From Bacteriovoracaceae bacterium (GTDB lineage: Bacteria > Bdellovibrionota > Bacteriovoracia > Bacteriovoracales > Bacteriovoracaceae): a DNA stretch of 12,827 nt. Every line of letters begins with the position of its first letter. Position 1 is the stretch's first letter. Below the pieces are notes generated by a model. That model made no database searches and was not told where the DNA came from. It saw nothing but the letters and a program-made list of their open reading frames with translations. Shown here one piece after another: positions 6,725 through 12,827 of the stretch. The position numbers and the translations under genes are program-made. The stretch lies in the NCBI GenBank assembly GCA_049599895.1, contig JBMYPC010000090.1, positions 1 through 12,827 on the forward strand. Reading direction: 5' to 3'.

Positions 6725-9310
6725 CTATGAATTCGTTAAGGCACCTATAAGTTCTTTAAGATCTACAAGATCGCAAGAACCTTGGGCCATGTCTGGTTTC
6801 CCCCCACCACGACCATTGAACTTTGTAAGAACTGATCCAATGAGTTCTTTGCAATTGATATTTTTATTGGCTTTTTGAGTTCTTAAAAGAACAGCTCTTT
6901 TCCCACCTTTTTCTGAAGCAAGAAGAAGAAGGTCTTTTGGGTACTTAGAAACAAACTCATCTGAATACTGTCTTAAATCAACTTCCGATGAGACTTCTTC
7001 AAAGAAGACTTTAAAATCTCCATGATCAACAGACTCAGTGAATCTTTCTTTGGCTGTTCCACCTGTCGCCACTTGTTGTTTCAGTTGAGTGATTTCTTTT
7101 TTGGCTTTTTTAAGATCGGAGTTGAGTTTTTCAAGTTTCTCAACCAGTTCGTCACTTTTAGCATTAAAGCTCTGTTCAATTTTATAGAGAGTTGTTGAAC
7201 GTTCTTCAAGAAATTGATTAGCCGTTGAACTTGTAAGGGCCTCAATTCTTCTGACTCCTGAACTTAAAGATGATTCACTCGTTATAATAAAGCTTCCAAT
7301 ATGAGCAGTGTTTGTTACGTGAGTTCCTCCACAGAGCTCAAGTGAGAAATCTCCCATTTCAAGAACTCGAACTTCATCACCATATTTCTCACCAAAGAGG
7401 GCCATCGCTCCCTTTTCAAGAGCTTGGTTCATCGTCATCTTGCTTGCTGTGACTTCAAGAGAGCTTGCAATCTTTTCATTGACGAGGTCTTGAACTTTTT
7501 TAAGTTCATCTTTTGAGAGTCCTTTAGGATGAGTAAAATCAAAACGGAGTTTATCGGGGCCAACATTCGATCCCGCTTGTTTAATATGATTACCAAGTAC
7601 TTCAATAAGAGCAGCTTGAAGAAGGTGAGTCGCTGAGTGATTTCTCATTGTGAGTTGGCGATCTTTTGAATCAACTTCAAGGTTATAACTTTCACCAACT
7701 TTAAGACCATGGTTCTTTTTTACAAAATGAACAAAAAAGTCATCAATTGGTTTTTGGGTGTCCGTGATTTCAACAGTGTTTCCATCTAATAAAATCGATC
7801 CAGTGTCGCCCATCTGCCCACCAGATTCAGCATAAAACGGTGTTTGATCAAAGATAAGTCCATCATAGTTTTCATTGAGTTCAATGACATCGAGAAGCTT
7901 ACTTTGAGTTTTAATATGATCGTAACCAGTGAAGGTCGTATTTCCAGACTTTTCTTTTGATTGATAATAAACTTGATTGTCGACACTGGCCCCGGCTTTC
8001 CAAGATTTCTTGGACTCTTCTTTTCTTTTTTCCATTAACTCTTCAAAGCCAGTAATGTCAGCTTTAAGGTTCTTCTCTCTCAGAAGGACTTCCGTAAGAT
8101 CAACTGGGAATCCATAAGTGTCGTAAAGTTTAAAGATCGAAGCTCCTGGGAGAGTTTCATTTTGAAGATCGTTTTTAAGAGACTGGTTAAAAAACTTTAA
8201 GCCATTATCAATCGTCTCAAGAAACTTTTCTTCTTCGCCTTTAATGATTTTTATCGCAAGGTCGATGTTTGCCAGGTTTTGAGGATATTCCTGCCCAAGA
8301 ATTTCAAAGACGGAAGGGATGAGTTTATCCATAAAAGGAAACTCAACATTGAGTTCTCTTAAGTGCCTGACTGCTCTTCGAATGATTCTTCTTAAAACAT
8401 AACCTCGCCCTTCATTTGAAGGAAGGACACCGTCAGTAATAAGCATTGTTGTTGAGCGTACATGATCGGCAATAACTCTTTTACTTTCAATTGAACCTTC
8501 AACTTTACTCAGCTCAGTGATTTTATTGATTATTGGTGAAAAAAGATCCGTATCATAGTTCCAATAGCTTCCTTGCATCGCTGCTGCAATTCTTTCAAGG
8601 CCTGCTCCTGTATCGATAGAAGGCTTAGGAAGTTCAACTTTTTCAATTTTTCCATCAACTTTCTTTTTTTCATATTGCATGAAAACAAGATTCCAGATTT
8701 CGATGTATCTTTGTTCGTCATCGAGAAAGTCTTGGTCTTTTCCTGGTTTAAAGTTTGGAGTCGTGAATTTATCGCCGTGGTCATAAAAGATTTCACTACA
8801 AGGACCGCAGGGACCAACTTCGCCCATTTCCCAGAAATTATCTTTATCGCCCTTATCTCGAATTCTTTCTTGATCAAGGCCAATGTGCTTATTCCAGATT
8901 TCTCTGGCTTCTTTGTCTGTATAATGAACTGTGACGTAGAGTTTTTCTTTATCAATCTTTAGAACTTCAGTTAAAAACTCCCATGCGTATTCGATGGCCT
9001 CTTTTTTAAAATAGTCACCAAAAGAAAAGTTTCCAAGCATCTCAAAGAAAGTATGATGTCTTGCTGTGAAACCAACATTCTCAAGGTCGTTATGTTTACC
9101 TCCAGCTCTTACACATTTTTGAATCGTAACAGTTCGCTTTGATTCAGGAGTTTGCTTTCCTGTGAAAATGTCTTTGAATTGGTTCATTCCGGCGTTGGCA
9201 AAAAGGAGAGTGTCGTCGTTGTGGGGAACAAGACTTGAAGATGATATTTTTTGATGCCCTTTTGAATTAAAAAACTCTACAAATTTTTCTCTAATTTCTG
9301 TCGCTTTCAC
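6725..9310 (-). CDS. alaS: Alanine--tRNA ligase, 861 aa (GTG start)
   Basis: LLFANAGMNQFK, RHHTFFEMLGNFSFGDYFK, GPCGPCSEI, IDTGAGLER, PSNEGRGYVLRRIIRRA; editing motifs NHSATHLL and ELCGGTH; C-Ala GRGGGKPDMAQG. Confidence 0.99.
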   Translation of the reverse strand: MKATEIREKFVEFFNSKGHQKISSSSLVPHNDDTLLFANAGMNQFKDIFTGKQTPESKRTVTIQKCVRAGGKHNDLENVGFTARHHTFFEMLGNFSFGDYFKKEAIEYAWEFLTEVLKIDKEKLYVTVHYTDKEAREIWNKHIGLDQERIRDKGDKDNFWEMGEVGPCGPCSEIFYDHGDKFTTPNFKPGKDQDFLDDEQRYIEIWNLVFMQYEKKKVDGKIEKVELPKPSIDTGAGLERIAAAMQGSYWNYDTDLFSPIINKITELSKVEGSIESKRVIADHVRSTTMLITDGVLPSNEGRGYVLRRIIRRAVRHLRELNVEFPFMDKLIPSVFEILGQEYPQNLANIDLAIKIIKGEEEKFLETIDNGLKFFNQSLKNDLQNETLPGASIFKLYDTYGFPVDLTEVLLREKNLKADITGFEELMEKRKEESKKSWKAGASVDNQVYYQSKEKSGNTTFTGYDHIKTQSKLLDVIELNENYDGLIFDQTPFYAESGGQMGDTGSILLDGNTVEITDTQKPIDDFFVHFVKKNHGLKVGESYNLEVDSKDRQLTMRNHSATHLLQAALIEVLGNHIKQAGSNVGPDKLRFDFTHPKGLSKDELKKVQDLVNEKIASSLEVTASKMTMNQALEKGAMALFGEKYGDEVRVLEMGDFSLELCGGTHVTNTAHIGSFIITSESSLSSGVRRIEALTSSTANQFLEERSTTLYKIEQSFNAKSDELVEKLEKLNSDLKKAKKEITQLKQQVATGGTAKERFTESVDHGDFKVFFEEVSSEVDLRQYSDEFVSKYPKDLLLLASEKGGKRAVLLRTQKANKNINCKELIGSVLTKFNGRGGGKPDMAQGSCDLVDLKELIGALTNS

Positions 9311-9389
9311 CGTTTATCCTTGAAATGAGTCTATCCTCTTTTCTAGCATAACGGGGGCATCTATGAAAGAATGACGCTCTGAGCGTTCG

Positions 9390-10004
9390 TTAGATTCCTC
9401 GTTCTCTGAGCCCTTCATGAATCTCGCCGTCGTTATGGCCTTTGGTACGCAAATAACGGTAAAGACTTGTCTTAATTTTTTGGGGGTCTTTCTTGTGGAG
9501 ACTTGTTCTAAGTTTCTTATCAATCAATGTAAGAACTTGGTCAAAAGAACTTATTTGGTACTCGTGAAAGATGTGGAGAACCTCTTCCGTTTCCACATAA
9601 ATTTCTTCTTGAGAAAGTTTTTGTTTTATAAAGCTTGGAGAACAACCTTTTCTCATAAAGGCCTTGATTCGGGCTTCCGTATAAAGATCTTCTTTAAGCC
9701 AATCTTTAAGAATAAGAAAATCAATAGTTTCTTTAACAATCTCTCTATTGTGATCTTTATCTAAGAGCTTTTTATTCATTTTAAAGCTTGAGTAGTCTTT
9801 CATTGAAAGAAGTTTCAAGGCATCACCAAGGCACTTTTTGTGATCTTCAGTTTTTGTGAAGTCTCTAATTTCGAAATAAAGGGGACTTTTTTCTTCTTGG
9901 TCTTTTGTTTGTTGATGATTTTCAGAAGGAGAGCAAGTCATCTCGTCGGGAGTTTCACCCGACGAGATGCTTTGGGTTTTTTGAATTGCTTGCCTAATAT
10001 TCAT
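9390..10004 (-). CDS. recX: Regulatory protein RecX; start uncertain (10004 or in-frame ATG 9941)
   Basis: Directly downstream of recA. RecX-like repeats ALKLLSMKDYS..KM.KKL, FLILKDWLKEDLY, KGCSPSFIKQKL, YRYLRTKGH. The N-terminal roughly 50 aa are polar and not RecX-like. Confidence 0.88.
   Translation of the reverse strand: MNIRQAIQKTQSISSGETPDEMTCSPSENHQQTKDQEEKSPLYFEIRDFTKTEDHKKCLGDALKLLSMKDYSSFKMNKKLLDKDHNREIVKETIDFLILKDWLKEDLYTEARIKAFMRKGCSPSFIKQKLSQEEIYVETEEVLHIFHEYQISSFDQVLTLIDKKLRTSLHKKDPQKIKTSLYRYLRTKGHNDGEIHEGLRERGI
9939..9969 (-). terminator. Strong recA-recX hairpin (attenuator, mRNA stabiliser or translation-blocking stem)
   Basis: CATCTCGTCGGG-7 nt-CCCGACGAGATG, a perfect 12-bp GC-rich stem starting 41 nt after the recA stop. 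There is no proper U-tract on the sense strand. Confidence 0.65.
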
Positions 10005-10010
10005 TAGGTT

Positions 10011-11132
10011 TTATTGCAATGTCTTCTTAGTAGGTTTCTTCTTAGGAGTGGCTTTTTTTGTTTTTTCTTCAGTTGCTTCTGCTGGAGCGGCTTTTACTAT
10101 CTTTGTGTCTTCGACAAGGCCATGCTTCAGCATGACTTTGTGCTTAATCTCACTCAGAACTTCAGGATTATCTCTTAGGAAGGTCTTAACATTTTCACGT
10201 CCTTGACCAATCTTTCCGTCGTTATAGGCAAACCAGGCACCAGACTTCTTAACGATTTCATGTTCAACGGCAATATCGAGAATGTCTCCTTCTTTAGAGA
10301 TCCCTTGGCCGTACATAATATCAAATTCAACTTGTTTGAATGGAGGAGCCACTTTGTTCTTCACAACTTTAACTCTTGTTCTGTTACCAAGAATTTGGTC
10401 TCCATTTTTAATAGCAGCAATTCTTCTAATATCTAGTCTTACTGAAGAGTAGAACTTAAGAGCGTTACCACCTGTTGTTGTTTCAGGGTTTCCAAACATA
10501 ACACCAATTTTCATTCTCAATTGGTTAATAAAGATCACTGTACAGTTTGATCTTGAGATTGAACCAGTTAGTTTTCTTAGAGCTTGAGACATAAGCCTTG
10601 CTTGAAGACCCATATGGGAGTCACCCATTTCACCTTCAAGTTCAGCTCTTGGAGTAAGGGCCGCAACTGAGTCGATGATAAGAAGGTTGACTGCTCCAGA
10701 TCTTACGAGCATGTCGGCAATTTCAAGAGCCTGCTCACCACTATCCGGCTGAGAGATAAGAGTGTTAGGAATATCGACACCAAGCTTTGATGCGTAGCTT
10801 GTATCAAGTGCATGTTCAGCATCGACGAAGGCCACTGTTCCACCAGCTTTTTGACATTCAGCTGCAATATGAAGAGTAAGAGTTGTTTTACCTGATGATT
10901 CAGGTCCATAAATTTCAACAATTCGACCTTGAGGAATTCCGCCAATGCCAAGAGCGAGGTCAATTCCGAGGCATCCAGTAGGGATTGCGGGAATACTTTC
11001 TTTTTGCTCTCCATCAAGTTTCATGATGGCGCCTTTACCAAATTGTTTTTCAATTGAGGCCAGTGCTAGTTCGAGTGCTTTAGCTTTTTGTGGATCATTA
11101 GTCTTAGCAGTTGTGCTTGTGGTTTGCGTCAT
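10011..11132 (-). CDS. recA: Recombinase RecA, 373 aa
   Basis: [11 protein letters not shown], Walker [81 protein letters not shown]. Confidence 0.99.
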   Translation of the reverse strand: MTQTTSTTAKTNDPQKAKALELALASIEKQFGKGAIMKLDGEQKESIPAIPTGCLGIDLALGIGGIPQGRIVEIYGPESSGKTTLTLHIAAECQKAGGTVAFVDAEHALDTSYASKLGVDIPNTLISQPDSGEQALEIADMLVRSGAVNLLIIDSVAALTPRAELEGEMGDSHMGLQARLMSQALRKLTGSISRSNCTVIFINQLRMKIGVMFGNPETTTGGNALKFYSSVRLDIRRIAAIKNGDQILGNRTRVKVVKNKVAPPFKQVEFDIMYGQGISKEGDILDIAVEHEIVKKSGAWFAYNDGKIGQGRENVKTFLRDNPEVLSEIKHKVMLKHGLVEDTKIVKAAPAEATEEKTKKATPKKKPTKKTLQ

Positions 11133-11265
11133 CTCTCTCTCCTTTATGAACTACGCTTGAGTATCATTCTTGTCACAATCCTTGTACAAGAATCGAACAC
11201 TGTGCGGAATGAAGTCGTGCTTTAGTCCAAGTGTTTTTCTCTTTTGAAGTCCGTTAACTAAATCC

Positions 11266-11294
11266 ATTATGTGCGTAAGTTATGCGCAAGTCAA
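11266..11294 (-). promoter_or_regulatory. Predicted sigma70 promoter of recA
   Basis: Minus strand TTGACT (11294-11289), 17-nt spacer, CATAAT (11271-11266). Each hexamer is one mismatch from consensus. Confidence 0.75.
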
Positions 11295-11301
11295 CGCATA
11301 A
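11280..11301. promoter_or_regulatory. Candidate operator palindrome TTATGCG-N8-CGCATAA over the recA -35 box
   Basis: Perfect 7-bp arms at 11280-11286 and 11295-11301. Extra half-sites CGCATA (11319-11324) and TATGTG (11268-11273). TATGCGCAA (11281-11289) and TTGCGCATA (11316-11324) form a second, 9-bp inverted repeat. Confidence 0.6.
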
Positions 11302-11342
11302 GTTTAAAAAATTTTTTGCGCATAGTGTACAAGAAAGAACTT

Positions 11343-11371
11343 TTGAAATTTTTCCAGAAGATGGATATCAT
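11343..11371 (+). promoter_or_regulatory. Predicted sigma70 promoter of the divergent lipoprotein gene
   Basis: TTGAAA (11343-11348), 17-nt spacer, TATCAT (11366-11371). Confidence 0.55.
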
Positions 11372-11412
11372 TAAAGGAAGACAAGTTGCTGAAATTAAAA
11401 TTGGAAGAGTTT

Positions 11413-11982
11413 ATGTTTAAAAGTTTTATGATCCTTTGTGCTTTAGTTATTACATCGTGCGCAACAAGTAAAAAAAGTAATGAAGAACAAGTGGTCTTTG
11501 ATGAGTTCACAACTTTGAACTTACGCTCATTCAATATTGCTTCTAGCGATACTAGCTGGGTTGCTTGCGACAAAGATTATTTAAAAAACGACTTAGGAAT
11601 TTCTGGAAGAGATGCTGAAAGAAAACTTTCAGAGCTTTTGGGCCAACCTTTATCTGAAGGTCTTCAAGCAAACTGCGCGACTTATAAATGTTCAAAAGAA
11701 GAATGTTTAAATGCTGGTGACTATCTCGTCTTTTTAGAATCAGCGACATTTCTCGTTAAAAGATTAAAGAGACTTCAGTTCTCACAAACTCTTCCAAAAG
11801 AAATTTTTAATATTGAACTTGAAACGGATAATTGTTTCAACAAAAGTATTATTAACAGCTGTGCTCTTTTAAGCGCTCACTATAAGTTTAGAACTTATAA
11901 CCAATCAGCTTTTACACGATCACGAACGAAAGAATGTGAACTTCTTGGAATTAGTCAAAGAAGTTGTAATTTCGATCTTTAA
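11413..11982 (+). CDS. Hypothetical cysteine-rich lipoprotein (189 aa)
   Basis: ATG 11413 follows GGAAGAG and gives a clean signal II peptide, MFKSFMILCALVITS-C. Eight further Cys in the mature chain. No family recognised. Confidence 0.75.
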   Translation: MFKSFMILCALVITSCATSKKSNEEQVVFDEFTTLNLRSFNIASSDTSWVACDKDYLKNDLGISGRDAERKLSELLGQPLSEGLQANCATYKCSKEECLNAGDYLVFLESATFLVKRLKRLQFSQTLPKEIFNIELETDNCFNKSIINSCALLSAHYKFRTYNQSAFTRSRTKECELLGISQRSCNFDL

Positions 11983-12000
11983 AAAATTGCTACTTATAGA

Positions 12001-12267
12001 TTAAGCATGAAGTTTTAAGTCTGTTTCAGAGACTGCGCAGTCGATCGCTTGGAGAACGTGAACTTCAAACCGACAACCCCAGATGATATTGAAGCCCTGC
12101 GCCGTAATGCTTATGTTATCCCATTCTGCCTGATCTTTGGGAAAGCAAGCAACATCTTTAAAAGAAGAGAGGTCACATTCATATTTTTTTGGTTGGTTAG
12201 TTTCTATTTCGAGCCTAGGAAGCTTAAGAGCTTTTACGGAATGAACTACGATATCGGTTTGATCCAT
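12001..12267 (-). CDS. DUF2442-like protein, putative antitoxin (88 aa)
   Basis: ATG 12267 has AAGGA 6 nt upstream. The pattern VHSVKAL...LEIET...YECDLS.F....F......W..I.I...G..IIW....EV resembles DUF2442. Overlaps the DUF4160 gene by 22 nt, its usual partner. Confidence 0.7.
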   Translation of the reverse strand: MDQTDIVVHSVKALKLPRLEIETNQPKKYECDLSSFKDVACFPKDQAEWDNISITAQGFNIIWGCRFEVHVLQAIDCAVSETDLKLHA

Positions 12268-12512
12268 GGGAGATCCTTTCCTTTGATTGCTAATTTCCAA
12301 GCTTCATTAAGCTCTTTTCTCCTTTCAAGAACGAACTCTTGAACAATCTTGTTTCCACGTATTCCAATTGAGCCGGCCAATATTCTCCCGTCGAGAGAGA
12401 CCACGACTTGCTTTCCAGAGAATATAGCATGAATATGAGGTTTTTTGTGACGTTTATTATCAAACCAATACATGTAGATAGCGATTCCAAAGACTTCTGA
12501 AATTCTCGGCAT
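12246..12512 (-). CDS. DUF4160 family protein, putative HicA-like toxin (88 aa)
   Basis: MPRISEVFGIAIYMYW...HKKPHIHA...DGRILAGS...EL.EAW......LPWIKPI is the typical DUF4160 pattern. AAGGA RBS. Confidence 0.88.
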   Translation of the reverse strand: MPRISEVFGIAIYMYWFDNKRHKKPHIHAIFSGKQVVVSLDGRILAGSIGIRGNKIVQEFVLERRKELNEAWKLAIKGKDLPWIKPIS

Positions 12513-12548
12513 TTAACTTCCTTTTTAAGAAAGCAGTCTATTTCAGAA

Positions 12549-12578
12549 AATTTAGAGAATGCCTTAAATTGAGGTCAA
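12549..12578 (-). promoter_or_regulatory. Predicted sigma70 promoter of the DUF4160/DUF2442 pair
   Basis: Minus strand TTGACC (12578-12573), 18-nt spacer, TAAATT (12554-12549), 36 nt upstream of the ATG. Confidence 0.45.
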
Positions 12579-12632
12579 GATGATTCCATTATTTCTAATA
12601 TGAAATTCGTAAAAATCTTTTTGCTATAGACT

Positions 12633-12827
12633 TTAAATGAACTTTAAAACTAAAAATAAAGTTAATCCGGCGAGAAGCCCTGCAATCAAATCATCAATTA
12701 CTACTCCTAGCCCCGTTTTCATATGTTTATCCACATAGGAAATAGGCCAAGGTTTAGCGATATCGAAAAAGCGAAAGACTGCAAATAAAAGAAAAGCCTC
12801 AAAAATACGGTCTCCGATAAAGAGAAA
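12633..12827 (-). CDS. pgpA: Phosphatidylglycerophosphatase A, C-terminal part (runs off the window; absent from the ORF track)
   Basis: Manual translation FLFIGDRIFEAFLLFAVFRFFDIAKPWPISYVDKHMKTGLGVVIDDLIAGLLAGLTLFLVLKFI* carries the PgpA motifs FRFFDI.KPWPI and GLG...DD..AG. Stop at 12635-12633. Confidence 0.95.
   Translation of the reverse strand, partial: FLFIGDRIFEAFLLFAVFRFFDIAKPWPISYVDKHMKTGLGVVIDDLIAGLLAGLTLFLVLKFI

Noticed and set aside
9374..9386. Palindrome ACGCTC-T-GAGCGT just after the recX stop, as a terminator or T-box element for alaS
   Set aside because: Short stem, minimal loop and no U-tract. The 79-nt gap is too small for a T-box leader and has no T-box motif.
11131..11142. 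(GA)5 run between the recA RBS and ATG as a phase-variable tract
   Set aside because: Too short for appreciable slippage; explained as an extended purine-rich RBS.
4892..11160. Overlapping ORFs within the SBP, alaS, recX and recA genes (for example 4892-5431, 8530-8955, 9314-9523, 9417-9764, 10703-11017)
   Set aside because: Antisense or out-of-frame shadows of conserved genes. The real frames are intact, so there is no frameshift evidence.
11151..11267. 38-codon upstream ORF on the recA strand (MDLVNGLQKRK...DTQA)
   Set aside because: Its ATG overlaps the predicted -10 box, so it would not be on that transcript, and it has no RBS.
11386..11412. TTG start at 11386 for the lipoprotein
   Set aside because: It adds an acidic stretch ahead of the signal peptide, and its RBS would fall at the predicted TSS. 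ATG 11413 fits better.
12049..12490. ORFs 12049-12342 (+), 12290-12490 (-) and the extension of the DUF2442 ORF to 12300
   Set aside because: Shadows of the DUF4160/DUF2442 pair. ATG 12267 has the RBS and gives a family-typical length.
1..12827. tRNA, rRNA, CRISPR array, IS element, prophage or intein (in RecA or Lon)
   Set aside because: No cloverleaf, regularly spaced repeats, transposase/integrase motifs or large in-frame insertions seen by eye.

Overview
AT-rich bacterial chromosomal window made mostly of housekeeping genes. Gene content and protein style suggest Bdellovibrionota (Bacteriovoracaceae-like); this is inference only. Plus strand: a secreted AMIN-like protein, lon, and a lipoprotein alpha/beta hydrolase. 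Minus strand: pgpA (partial), a DUF4160/DUF2442 putative toxin-antitoxin pair, recA, recX, alaS, an orphan family-5 ABC substrate-binding lipoprotein, a FlgT-C-like secreted protein and rpoZ. A Cys-rich orphan lipoprotein is transcribed divergently from recA. I saw no tRNA, rRNA, CRISPR array, integrase or transposase. The most interesting signals are: (i) a perfect TTATGCG-N8-CGCATAA palindrome with two extra half-sites on the predicted recA promoter, unlike the SOS boxes I know; (ii) a small accessory islet (TA-like pair plus lipoprotein) between pgpA and recA, where cinA is often found; (iii) a perfect 12-bp hairpin after recA that buries a candidate recX start codon; (iv) a lysine-rich insertion in the Lon protease domain and a basic RecA tail; (v) a multi-hairpin intergenic region followed by a sigma28-like promoter. 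I cannot show a wholly new multi-gene system from sequence alone.
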